DNA of 64,000 nt, from positions 651 to 64,650 of the forward strand of contig JAQUPS010000006.1 of assembly GCA_028716485.1 (NCBI GenBank), in the 5' to 3' direction. The notes beneath the pieces are model-generated. The model saw only the letters and a program-made list of their open reading frames with translations. It did no database searches and was not told the DNA's origin. Each line of letters opens with the position of its first letter. Within the stretch, counting starts at the first letter, position 1. The position numbers and the translations under genes were made by a program. Shown in pieces: positions 34,964-44,243 of the stretch. Origin of the DNA: Patescibacteria group bacterium (GTDB taxonomy: Bacteria; Patescibacteriota; Patescibacteriia; Patescibacteriales; WJLG01).

Positions 34964-36448
34964 GTGAAAAATCTCATTTCCATTGATCAATTTTCCGCCC
35001 GGGAAATTTTTGAAAAGATTATTCCCGGCTGCATCAGGATGATCCCCGGAGCCAGAAAAGCGCAAAGCGGCAGATACAAACTGCCGGATTTCCGTGAGAG
35101 GAAACTGACGATTTTTTCCGTCGAGCCGAGCACCCGGACGATTGATTCGTATATGGAAGCTTCCGGACTGCTGGGCTGGTCTGATCACCGCACTCCGCCG
35201 CCCGACAACACTTCCCTGATGAAAAATGAAAGCTGGGCGGAGACAGCCAGAACCTGGGCCATCCAGGGCGCTGGTGTCATCGCCATGCGCACTAAGATCG
35301 AAGGCGTCCAGAAATTCCTGGCCGAAATCTTGGAGCGCGACGGTTTTAACGTCTCTATCCAGAATTGCGGCGACGGCGAACACGAGCATCCGAGCCAGAC
35401 ATTTCTCGACTTGGTGACGATCAAGCAGGAAAAAGGGCGCTTGAAGAATCTGGTTATCGGTTTTTTGGGCGATCTTCGCTTTGGCCGGACTGTGCATTCT
35501 CTGGTTAAAGCGCTGTCGCTTGCGCCGAATATTTCTTTGCGGCTCGTTTCCACCCGGGAGATGACTTTGCCCGAATATTATTTGAAAAATTTCAAGGGCG
35601 AGGTCAGATGCGGTGAAGAGATGGAGCTGCTGGCCGATTGCGATGTTATCTATGCGACTCGCATCCAAGCCGAGCGCTTTCCCTCGGAAGTGCAATATGC
35701 CATTGAAAAGGCCAAAGCAAAATACCGGTTGGATGAGGAAGCGCTTAGCTTATTTAAAGCTGACGCGATTGTTATGCATCCCCTGCCGCACGCCAATGGG
35801 ATCTCGCCCAAAGCGATTTTGGACAAGCGAGTGGTGGTGCACAAGCAATCGTGGTATGGCATTCCGACTCGGATGTATCTTTTGAATCGCGGCTATGCCA
35901 ACCGCTTCAAGAAAGAATCGCTGGGTCGAGTTTTCCAAGGCAAGCTGAAAATAGTCCGGGAGGAAAATCTGAAAGACTACCTGAAAAAAAGGAGGAAGAA
36001 AAAAAATCACACTCGCTTCGGCCGGATTGACAATGGCACGGTCATCGACCATTTGCCCTTGGATTTTGGCGCGAAGATCCGCAATATCCTGGAAAAATCC
36101 GGCTTCCTCAACGAAAAGAGCGCGACGCAAACCAATGAAGATGTTCCATCCACCAGCATGGGAAGAAAAGACGTGCTGGTGCTGGAAAATGTCTTTCTGA
36201 CAAACGAGATGATGATTTCCATCGCTTCTTTTGCGCCAGGCTCAACTTTCAATGTCATCGGAAAAGGACGTTTCCGCAAGCTGGTGCTGGACAAAACCGG
36301 GTCGATCGAAGAGATCGGCAAATGCCCGAATATGAATTGTATAACCAATCATGATCCGGAAGCATTTACGAAATTCATCCCGCTGGGCGGCGGCAACATC
36401 GAATGCCACTATTGCGAACGAAAATTTAAGAACAGTGAAATAATCTGA
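34964..36448 (+). CDS. pyrB: aspartate carbamoyltransferase, catalytic and regulatory chains fused (PyrB-PyrI)
   Basis: GTG start after ggagg. Catalytic motifs STRT, MR, HPSQ, GRTVHS, TRIQAER, HPLP. The C-terminal ~150 aa match PyrI (GTVIDHLP...MGRKDVLVLEN...CPNMNCITN...CHYCE). Confidence 0.85.
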   Translation: MKNLISIDQFSAREIFEKIIPGCIRMIPGARKAQSGRYKLPDFRERKLTIFSVEPSTRTIDSYMEASGLLGWSDHRTPPPDNTSLMKNESWAETARTWAIQGAGVIAMRTKIEGVQKFLAEILERDGFNVSIQNCGDGEHEHPSQTFLDLVTIKQEKGRLKNLVIGFLGDLRFGRTVHSLVKALSLAPNISLRLVSTREMTLPEYYLKNFKGEVRCGEEMELLADCDVIYATRIQAERFPSEVQYAIEKAKAKYRLDEEALSLFKADAIVMHPLPHANGISPKAILDKRVVVHKQSWYGIPTRMYLLNRGYANRFKKESLGRVFQGKLKIVREENLKDYLKKRRKKKNHTRFGRIDNGTVIDHLPLDFGAKIRNILEKSGFLNEKSATQTNEDVPSTSMGRKDVLVLENVFLTNEMMISIASFAPGSTFNVIGKGRFRKLVLDKTGSIEEIGKCPNMNCITNHDPEAFTKFIPLGGGNIECHYCERKFKNSEII

Positions 36449-36483
36449 GCTGACAACGGAAACCTTAAAAAAGTTTCCGTTTT

Positions 36484-37404
36484 TTAATTGCTTAAAAATT
36501 CTTTGACTTTATTTTCCGCGTCGGCTTTTTCATCAAGCCAATATATTTTACGTTTTTTTTCCCAGCGCTTGAACCAGGTCAGCTGTTTCTTGGTGAATTG
36601 GCTGATGGCGCGCTCGAGCAATCCGGCCATCTGGTCATAATCGATTTTTTCCTGCAGATATTGAGCGATAAATTTATATTCCAAGCCGAAAGATTCCAGT
36701 CTTTCCCAGGACAAGCCAGTCTTATCATGCAGGTCGCTGACTTCCTGGATCATATTTTCTTTTTCCAAACGATCAATCAGCCGGCGATGGATGCGTTCGG
36801 CCAGGATTTCTTTGGGGTAAGTAAGACCGAGGAGAATAAAATCGTAAGACGCTGGGCGCTGGGCGCTGGGCGCAAGAATTCGGGAAGTATCCTGAATCGC
36901 TATTTCTAAATATCTTATCAGTCGCCGCTTATTATTCTTATCGCTATTGTTTAATTTTTCCGCAAAGGCCGGATTTTTTGATTTAAGTTCGGCGAACAAT
37001 TCTTCGGCGCTCTTGTTTTCATTTTTCGCGCGCGCGGCCCTATCCGGCTTAATGTCAGTCAGCTGATAATTTTCCACCACGGCTTCAAGATATTGGCCGG
37101 AACCGCCGACGATTATCGGCAGCTTGCCCCTTTGTAAAATATCGTCGATGGCGGCAAAGGCTTGTTTCTGATATTCGGCCACGCTGAAAATTTGCTTCGG
37201 GTCGGCGATGTCGATGAGATGATATTTTATTTCTCCGTATTCCTGCAAATCTTTTCCCGAGCCGACATCCAGGCCGCAATAAACTTGCCGTGAGTCGGCG
37301 GAAATTATTTCGCCGTTAAATTGGCGCGCCAAAGCAACGCCGAGAGCTGTTTTTCCGCTGGCAGTTGTGCCTAAAATTACAATTACTTTATTATCGTTTT
37401 TCAT
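36484..37404 (-). CDS. miaA: tRNA dimethylallyltransferase
   Basis: VIVILGTTASGKTALGVALA P-loop and SADSRQVY. The track ORF is extended to 37530 through the repeat element; an alternative start is at 37431. Confidence 0.9.
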   Translation of the reverse strand: MKNDNKVIVILGTTASGKTALGVALARQFNGEIISADSRQVYCGLDVGSGKDLQEYGEIKYHLIDIADPKQIFSVAEYQKQAFAAIDDILQRGKLPIIVGGSGQYLEAVVENYQLTDIKPDRAARAKNENKSAEELFAELKSKNPAFAEKLNNSDKNNKRRLIRYLEIAIQDTSRILAPSAQRPASYDFILLGLTYPKEILAERIHRRLIDRLEKENMIQEVSDLHDKTGLSWERLESFGLEYKFIAQYLQEKIDYDQMAGLLERAISQFTKKQLTWFKRWEKKRKIYWLDEKADAENKVKEFLSN

Positions 37405-37408
37405 ATTC

Positions 37409-37584
37409 TTGTCATCCTGCTTGTCCTCCATAGCCTTAGCGAAGGGGGAAGCGCCACGCGAAGGATCTATCATAGAGAATGAGCGTCGCATAGGCGAAAG
37501 AAATTTTTGTTTTGGAAGTCCGGAGTTCATCTAAAATAGATCCTTCGTCGTCAGCCGAAGCGGCCAACTCCTCAGGATGACAAA
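37409..37584. repeat. family-1 composite palindromic element (MITE-like, 176 bp)
   Basis: ttgtcatcctg...gaaggatctat (37409-37470) and the inverted atagatcc...ctcaggatgacaaa (37536-37584) flank a 65-nt core containing aaatttttg. Confidence 0.7.
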
Positions 37585-38891
37585 TGAACACCGGTTAAAC
37601 CAAAATCGCGCACTTCCGTAATTTTAACTCTAACGAATTTTCCTTGCAAATTTTCCTTGGCCGAGCCGAGAATTTTTACCGTGACGAATTGCTCGTTTTT
37701 CCCCAGCCATTCCCCTCTTTTATTTTTTTCTTGAACTAAAACTTTTATAGCTTTATTTAAATATCTTTGATTATTTTTCCAAGCTGTTTGGCTTAAAATT
37801 TTATTCAAAGCTTCCTCGCGGCGCTGTTTTTCCGCGGCGCTAACATTGTCTTTCAGCTTGGCTGCCGCCGTACCCGGCCGCGAACTGAAACGCGCCAGAT
37901 AAACCATATCGTATTCCGCCTGACGCATCAATTTTTCTGTCTTGGCGAATTGCTTTTTAGTTTCTCCGGGAAAACCGACGATCAAATCGCTCGACAAGCC
38001 GATTTCCGGTATTGCCTTCCTCAGCGCCTTAACCAAGCTTAAATAATGTTTGACCGTATATTTGCGGTTCATCGCCGCCAAAATCCGATCATCGCCGGAC
38101 TGGGCGGGCAAATGGATTTGCCGGCAAATCTGGCGATTATTTTTCATCGCCGCGATTAATTCCGCGCTCATATTTTTCGGATGCGAGGTAAAAAATCTCA
38201 GCCAAAAATCGCCCGTCAATTTAGCCGCGGCAACCAGCAATTCGGGAAAATTTATTTCTTCGCCGGCTTTTTTATTGGGAAAAAATTTCAAATCAGCCTT
38301 GGCCGCCTTAATTTTATAGCTATTGACATTTTGAGCGATTAGAATTATTTCTTTGAAGCCTTGTTTGATAAATTTTTGCGCTTCGGCGATAATATCGCTT
38401 GCCGAGCGGTAAATTTCGCGGCCGCGCGCATAGGGCACGACGCAATATGAACAAAAATTATCGCAGCCATTGCCGATGGGAATAAAAACGGAAAATTTTG
38501 AATTGACTTTGGGATTTATTTCCAAATAATCATTTGTTTTATTTATTTTCTTAACCAGACCTAATTCTCGATACAGTTCGGGCAGATTTTTTATCGGCAA
38601 AAAAATATCAACAACTTTGTCTAATCTTCTTCGCACGTCTTTGCGTTCGGCTAAACAGCCGGTCAGAATTATCTTGACGAGCGGATTCTTTTCCCTGATT
38701 TCCGGAATCAAACCATAATTGCGGTCTTCGGCCTTTTGCCGGATTCCGCAAGTATTTAAAATCACCAAGCCGGCTTTGACGCGGTTTGGTTCGGACTTAA
38801 AGCCGTATGATTCTAAATAGGCGGCAATCCGTTCGCTGTCGGAAATATTCATCTGACAGCCGATAGTGATGATATGATATGTCTTTTTCAC
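37572..38891 (-). CDS. miaB: tRNA-2-methylthio-N6-dimethylallyladenosine synthase
   Basis: YHIITIGCQMNISDSE (UPF0004), radical-SAM GCDNFCSYCVVP, C-terminal TRAM. The last 4 codons lie in the repeat. Confidence 0.9.
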   Translation of the reverse strand: MKKTYHIITIGCQMNISDSERIAAYLESYGFKSEPNRVKAGLVILNTCGIRQKAEDRNYGLIPEIREKNPLVKIILTGCLAERKDVRRRLDKVVDIFLPIKNLPELYRELGLVKKINKTNDYLEINPKVNSKFSVFIPIGNGCDNFCSYCVVPYARGREIYRSASDIIAEAQKFIKQGFKEIILIAQNVNSYKIKAAKADLKFFPNKKAGEEINFPELLVAAAKLTGDFWLRFFTSHPKNMSAELIAAMKNNRQICRQIHLPAQSGDDRILAAMNRKYTVKHYLSLVKALRKAIPEIGLSSDLIVGFPGETKKQFAKTEKLMRQAEYDMVYLARFSSRPGTAAAKLKDNVSAAEKQRREEALNKILSQTAWKNNQRYLNKAIKVLVQEKNKRGEWLGKNEQFVTVKILGSAKENLQGKFVRVKITEVRDFGLTGVHLSS

Positions 38892-38992
38892 GATATTTTT
38901 TTAATTCTACCGACGTTTTATTCTACTTTTTTTCCACCAAATAGTCAATTTTTCTCCGTAAATTTCAGCACGGATTTCCGGATCATTTTCAC

Positions 38993-39021
38993 TTGCTTGC
39001 CGGCTATATTTTTGCTATAAT
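38993..39021 (+). promoter_or_regulatory. sigma70-like promoter TTGCTT-17-TATAAT upstream of gyrB
   Basis: ttgctt at 38993-38998 and tataat at 39016-39021. Confidence 0.5.
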
Positions 39022-39112
39022 TATAGCAGTTAAGTGGATAAATTCATCAAAATTTTATCAATAAATAACAGCTAATATTAAATAATATTTATCATCGACT
39101 TTACTCTTTATC

Positions 39113-39147
39113 GCTTTTAACTTTTCACTTTTAACTTTTAACTTCGT
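39113..39147. repeat. five tandem 7-nt units (gctttta acttttc actttta actttta acttcgt) abutting the gyrB ATG
   Basis: Read directly. Same unit type as 23319-23353. Confidence 0.7.
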
Positions 39148-41181
39148 ATGACCAATAAAGAACTTGAAAAAAAGAAAAAAGAATCGACTTATGACGCCAG
39201 TTCCATCACTGTTCTGGAAGGCTTGGAGCCGGTCAGAAAACGTCCTGGAATGTATATCGGCTCAACCTCCTCGACTGGTTTGCATCATTTGATTTGGGAA
39301 GTGGTCGACAACAGCATTGATGAAGCCATGGCCGGATTTGCTAATTATATCACAGTCTCGCTTTTACCCGACGGCTTAGTGGAAGTTATCGATAACGGCC
39401 GCGGCATCCCTGTGGGAAAGCATAAGGCCACCGGTGTTTCCGCCTTGGAAACCGTCTTGACCAAATTGCATGCCGGCGGAAAATTTGGCGGCGAAGGCTA
39501 TAAAGTTTCCGGCGGTTTGCACGGAGTCGGCGTATCAGTGGTCAATGCCTTGAGCTCGTATCTTAAAGCTGAAGTCCATCTCGACGGCAAAGCTTGGGTG
39601 CAGGAATACGGCAAGGGCAAGCCCAAGGGAGCGGCCAAAGCGGTCGGCAAAGCGGAAGGAACCGGCACAACCATCACTTTTAAAGCTGATGACACCATCT
39701 TCACCGAGTTGGAATATGACTGGGAAAAAATACTTACCCGTTTGCGTCAGCAGGCCTATCTTACCAAGGGTATCACCATCGAAGTCAATGATAAGCGAGT
39801 CAAGACCAATGAAAAAAAATACAAATTCCATTTCGAGGGCGGCATTATGGCTTATGTCAAGGCGCTGAACCGCAACAACGCGGTCAAACACGATAATATT
39901 TTTTACGTTGACAAGGATATTGATGATTGCAAAGTGGAAGTCGCCTTACAATACAACGATGAATTCAACGAATTAGTTCTGCCGTTCGCCAATAACATCC
40001 ACAATGTCGAAGGCGGCACGCATGTCATCGGTTTTAAAACCGCCCTTACCAGAACTTTGAATAACTACGCCCGCAATCATAATTTGATCAAAGAAAAAGA
40101 TGAAAACTTGACCGGCGAGGATGTGCGCGAAGGCTTGACCGCGGTGATCAGCGTCAAATTGAAAGACCCGCAATTCGAAGGCCAGACCAAGGCTAAGCTG
40201 GGCAACGCGGAAATAAAAACCGCGGTGGAACAGGTTTTCGGCACGGCCTTTGCCGATTTTCTCGAAGAGCATCCCAAGGACGCCGAAGCGATCATCGGCA
40301 AGTGCGTCCTGTCGGCGATGGCCAGGCTGGCCGCCCGCACAGCCCGCGCCTCCATCTTGCGCAAAGGCGCGCTGGAAGGCATGACTTTGCCGGGAAAATT
40401 AGCTGATTGTTCCAGTAACAAACCGGAAGGATGCGAATTATACATCGTCGAGGGCGACTCGGCCGGAGGTTCAGCCAAACAGGGTCGCGACCGCCGCTTC
40501 CAAGCCATTCTCCCCCTGCGCGGAAAAATTTTAAATGTCGAGCGCGCCCGTCTGGACAAGATGCTTGCCAATAATGAAATCAAAAATCTAGTCATCGCCT
40601 TGGGAACCAATATCGATGAGCAATTTGATTTAACCAAGTTGCGCTATCATCGCATCATCATTATGACCGATGCGGACGTTGACGGCGCTCACATCCGGAC
40701 TTTGCTTTTGACTTTATTCTATCGCCATTTCGAACAATTAGTGACGAGCGGACATATGTATATCGCTCAGCCGCCTTTGTATCAGATCAAGAAAGGCGCG
40801 CAGATCGAATATGCTTATTCTGATGAGGAGAAAATAAATATCATCAAAAAATTGGGCGGCAATGTCGAGGAAATCGAGGAAATTGCCGAGGGTGATGATT
40901 TAACCGAGCCCGCCTCTGCTCCAGAGGACGGAGCTTCGACGGGCAAGGGAAATAAAGCCGTATCTTTGCGTATTCAGCGCTATAAGGGTTTGGGCGAAAT
41001 GAATCCGGAACAGCTTTGGGAAACTACGATGGATCCGGCTCGCCGCATCTTAAAACAAGTTACCTTAGACGATGCTCAATCGGCCGACGAAATTTTCGAC
41101 ATGCTGATGGGCGACGATGTCGCGCCCCGCAAACACTTCATCCAGACGCATGCCAAGAAAGTAAAAAATTTGGATATATAG
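39148..41181 (+). CDS. gyrB: DNA gyrase subunit B
   Basis: YDASSITVLEGLEPVRKRPGMYIG, the GHKL ATPase domain, the Toprim EGDSAGG motif and the PLRGKILNVE motif. Confidence 0.97.
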   Translation: MTNKELEKKKKESTYDASSITVLEGLEPVRKRPGMYIGSTSSTGLHHLIWEVVDNSIDEAMAGFANYITVSLLPDGLVEVIDNGRGIPVGKHKATGVSALETVLTKLHAGGKFGGEGYKVSGGLHGVGVSVVNALSSYLKAEVHLDGKAWVQEYGKGKPKGAAKAVGKAEGTGTTITFKADDTIFTELEYDWEKILTRLRQQAYLTKGITIEVNDKRVKTNEKKYKFHFEGGIMAYVKALNRNNAVKHDNIFYVDKDIDDCKVEVALQYNDEFNELVLPFANNIHNVEGGTHVIGFKTALTRTLNNYARNHNLIKEKDENLTGEDVREGLTAVISVKLKDPQFEGQTKAKLGNAEIKTAVEQVFGTAFADFLEEHPKDAEAIIGKCVLSAMARLAARTARASILRKGALEGMTLPGKLADCSSNKPEGCELYIVEGDSAGGSAKQGRDRRFQAILPLRGKILNVERARLDKMLANNEIKNLVIALGTNIDEQFDLTKLRYHRIIIMTDADVDGAHIRTLLLTLFYRHFEQLVTSGHMYIAQPPLYQIKKGAQIEYAYSDEEKINIIKKLGGNVEEIEEIAEGDDLTEPASAPEDGASTGKGNKAVSLRIQRYKGLGEMNPEQLWETTMDPARRILKQVTLDDAQSADEIFDMLMGDDVAPRKHFIQTHAKKVKNLDI

Positions 41182-41258
41182 ATGTAAATCATAAATCCAA
41201 ATTTTAAAATCCAAAATAAATTAAAAACTTTGCATACTATTAAATATAATTAACATTT

Positions 41259-41693
41259 ATGTCTTATTTAATTTTACCGCTGATCGCCGCGATCATCGCC
41301 CAAACAGCGAAATTTTTTATTAAATCTAATCAGGAAAAACTGTCGTTTAAAATCATTACTTCTTATTCTGGCATGCCTTCGGGCCATGCCGCGCTGGTGA
41401 CGGCGCTGGTGACTATTATCGGGCTCAAGCAAGGAATTTTCTCTCCCCTTTTCGCCGTTAGTTTGGTTTTCGCGATAATCGTCATCAGGGACGCGGTCGG
41501 CATCCGCCGTTATCTGGGCGAGCACGGCCGCATGTTGAATGAATTGGTCAGTGATTTAAAAGAAGAACCGGACATGCCTTTGGACAAGAATTACCCGAAA
41601 GTGCTGGAAAAAATCGGCCACACGCCGGCGCAAGTGGCGGTCGGCGCGCTAATCGGATTAGCCGTCAGCCTGATCGGATTTTGGATCTTATAA
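41259..41693 (+). CDS. divergent PAP2 (DUF212) membrane protein
   Basis: SGMPSGHAALVTAL...RDAVGIRR...GHTPAQV. Confidence 0.8.
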   Translation: MSYLILPLIAAIIAQTAKFFIKSNQEKLSFKIITSYSGMPSGHAALVTALVTIIGLKQGIFSPLFAVSLVFAIIVIRDAVGIRRYLGEHGRMLNELVSDLKEEPDMPLDKNYPKVLEKIGHTPAQVAVGALIGLAVSLIGFWIL

Positions 41694-41808
41694 ATTATTG
41701 GTTTAAACATAAAAAAAAGCCAGGGCATTTCGTCGCCTCAGCTTTTTTTGTTTTATGCAAATTTTAAAAATATTTTATAACTTTACAGCTTTTTACTTTC
41801 AACTTGAT

Positions 41809-42648
41809 TTAGATAAGCGGCTTGCCATCCAGATTATCGGGAACTTCCAGCCCCATAATTTTCAAAATTGTCGGAGTCACATCGAATAAACTGCCGGAAG
41901 GCGGCACCAAGGCCAAGTCCCCGCCCGGCGCTTCAGGAAACCCGAAAGACTTGCCTTCGAATTCTTTGCCGACGATGACCAGCGGCACCGGATTGACCGA
42001 ATCTTTCTTGTCAGCAAGCTCGGTATTCATTGCCAGCGCCGCTTCGGCATTGCCGTGAGTGGAAGTGATCAATAAAACCCCGGAATTATCCAAGACGGTT
42101 TTAGCGACCCTGTCCAGGGCTTGGTCGATGTTTCGCGCCGCCTCGACCGTGGCCGTAAAATCGCCGCGATGCGCCGCCAAATCCAGATCGGCCGTAATCG
42201 CCAGGATGAAATCAAAGTTCCGGCTCTTTATTTTTTTGAGCAGTTCGTCGGCTATCTTGTCCGCAGGAACGATGGCAAAATTACCGGCCTCGACTTTTTT
42301 TTTATTGTTAATGAAAAAAAGCCCGTAGGAAAGCTTTTCCGGATCAGAAATCGAAAGCCATTTCAAGCCGGCCTGTTCCAAATAATCAAAAAGCGAAAAG
42401 TTGGCCGGGGATAATTTTTTCTTGCCCGTCCCCAGCGCCAGATAATTATGGGGAAGATTGATTTTTTTTCCCAAGCCGATAGCCGGAGCAGCGGCCAGAA
42501 TCGTTGCCGGATACTTATTCACTAAGGAGCGAAAAATCGGCATCCCGACTTGAGTGAAGGCATTGCCTTCGCCAGCCGGGGCAATGCCCCAACCGTCCAA
42601 AACCAGCAACACCACCGGTCCTAAATTTTTATTATTATCCAACGACAT
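41809..42648 (-). CDS. truncated iPGM-like protein lacking the transferase domain and several catalytic residues
   Basis: 279 aa with an iPGM-type N-terminus (VLLVLDGWGIAP) and C-terminus (ITSTHGNAE...NPVPLVIVG...DVTPTILKIMGL). No NSE.GH serine motif. Confidence 0.65.
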   Translation of the reverse strand: MSLDNNKNLGPVVLLVLDGWGIAPAGEGNAFTQVGMPIFRSLVNKYPATILAAAPAIGLGKKINLPHNYLALGTGKKKLSPANFSLFDYLEQAGLKWLSISDPEKLSYGLFFINNKKKVEAGNFAIVPADKIADELLKKIKSRNFDFILAITADLDLAAHRGDFTATVEAARNIDQALDRVAKTVLDNSGVLLITSTHGNAEAALAMNTELADKKDSVNPVPLVIVGKEFEGKSFGFPEAPGGDLALVPPSGSLFDVTPTILKIMGLEVPDNLDGKPLI

Positions 42649-42654
42649 GATATA

Positions 42655-44241
42655 TTATTTAATTAACAAGCTCGAACCGGTCATCACCGAAGGTTTTTTC
42701 TTGCCGATAATATCCAAAATCGTCGGCGAGATATCGCAAAGCGAACCGCCGGCCGCGAGTTTCCGTTTCTTTAATTTCTTATTGACCAGGATGAAAGGCA
42801 CCGGATAGGTGGAATGCTCCGTATCTACTTCGCCGGTTTTCAAATTGATCATTTCTTCGATATTGCCATGATCGGCGGTAATCAGAACCGTGCCATGTTT
42901 CTTTAAGTAAGCATCGGTAATTTTTTTAACGCAACCATCCAGTATCTCACAGCACTTGATTCCGGCCTTCAAGTTGCCGGTATGGGCGACCATATCGGAA
43001 GCGGCGAAATTCAAAACGGTGAAATCATATTTTCGCCGGGCAAGATTGCTTAATATTTTCTTGGTCAGTTCAACCGATTTCATCTGCGGCGTCCGGTCGT
43101 AAAACGATACGGCCGGAGACGGTATCATAAAATGATCTTCGCCGTTGATCATCCCCGCATAACCTCCATTGAAGAAATAAGTGACATGGGCGAATTTTTC
43201 CGATTCGGCGATATAAAGCTGGGTTAAATCGCTCAAAACGATCGGCAGGGTGCTGCTGATATCGACGCTGGGATAAGCCGAAAGAATACCATCCAAGTCC
43301 GGGCCGAAATCGGTCATGGTCACGAAAAATAAATTATCCAAATTTTTCTTACGGACAAATGATCCCGGGTTTCTTTTGGTAAAATTCTTTTGCACGAAAA
43401 CTTTGGCCAGCTGCCGGGCGCGATCGGAACGCAAGTTGAAAAAAATAACCGCGTCTTTATCCTCGATTAAACCATGACGGTTAATGACATACGGCTTGAT
43501 AAATTCATCAGTTTCGTTGCGATTATAGCTTTCAATGATCGCTTCTTCGGCATTGCCCGCCGCCAACCCTTTTCCCGTTACCATGCAATCATAGGCAGCC
43601 TGCGTCCGGCTCCATTCCTTCTTCCTGTCCATCGCGTAAAATCTGCCCATCAAAGTGGCGATCTTGATATGGTTTTTGACGCTTTTTTCCAAAGTTTCCA
43701 CGATACGCAACGCTTCGTGCTGGGGCGAGTCGCGGCCGTCGGTGAATAAATGCAGATAAATATCCTTGATTTTGTATTCTCTGGCCATTTTAATCAGCGC
43801 GGCGAGATGATTTATGTCGCTATGCGGGCTCATGCCATTGGAAAGCATGCCCATCAAATGCAATTTGGAGCGATTTTTAAAGACAACTTTCATCGCTTGT
43901 TTAAAGGCGATATTCTTATAAAAAGTTCCGTCCTTAATGCTGCGGTTGATTTTAACCGCGTCTTGCTCTACCACTCGGCCGGCGCCGATATTCATGTGAC
44001 CGGCTTCGCTGTTGCCGACTTGCTGCGGCGGCAAACCCACGAAGTGGCTGTGCGCGTGCAGTTTGGTAAACGGGTAATTTTTACTCAAATTATTTATCGC
44101 GGCTGTTTTAGCCAAATAAATCGCGTTTCCCCGGCTCGGTTTGGCAAGCCCCCAACCGTCTAAAATCACTAAAATCATGGGCAAGCCGCCCCATTTTTTT
44201 CCTCCGTTTTTTTTGTTTGATTTTTTTCGTTTCTTTGCCAT
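42655..44241 (-). CDS. gpmI: 2,3-bisphosphoglycerate-independent phosphoglycerate mutase
   Basis: ILDGWG, GNSEAGHMNIGAGR, DMVAHTG, ITADHGN, EHSTYPVPF. Confidence 0.95.
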   Translation of the reverse strand: MAKKRKKSNKKNGGKKWGGLPMILVILDGWGLAKPSRGNAIYLAKTAAINNLSKNYPFTKLHAHSHFVGLPPQQVGNSEAGHMNIGAGRVVEQDAVKINRSIKDGTFYKNIAFKQAMKVVFKNRSKLHLMGMLSNGMSPHSDINHLAALIKMAREYKIKDIYLHLFTDGRDSPQHEALRIVETLEKSVKNHIKIATLMGRFYAMDRKKEWSRTQAAYDCMVTGKGLAAGNAEEAIIESYNRNETDEFIKPYVINRHGLIEDKDAVIFFNLRSDRARQLAKVFVQKNFTKRNPGSFVRKKNLDNLFFVTMTDFGPDLDGILSAYPSVDISSTLPIVLSDLTQLYIAESEKFAHVTYFFNGGYAGMINGEDHFMIPSPAVSFYDRTPQMKSVELTKKILSNLARRKYDFTVLNFAASDMVAHTGNLKAGIKCCEILDGCVKKITDAYLKKHGTVLITADHGNIEEMINLKTGEVDTEHSTYPVPFILVNKKLKKRKLAAGGSLCDISPTILDIIGKKKPSVMTGSSLLIK

Positions 44242-44243
44242 AG

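Noticed and set aside
34931-35695. 254-aa minus-strand ORF
   Set aside because: It lies entirely antisense to the well-supported pyrB-pyrI gene and is a shadow ORF. The same applies to 9204-9707, 9809-10333, 12941-13558, 14178-14531, 25198-25788, 40077-40637, 43750-44163, 56991-57539, 59249-59689 and similar track entries.
39033-39041. DnaA-box-like ttatccact (reverse strand) upstream of gyrB as a sign of oriC
   Set aside because: I saw only a single 8/9 match, no cluster of boxes and no dnaA/dnaN nearby. This is insufficient for an origin call.
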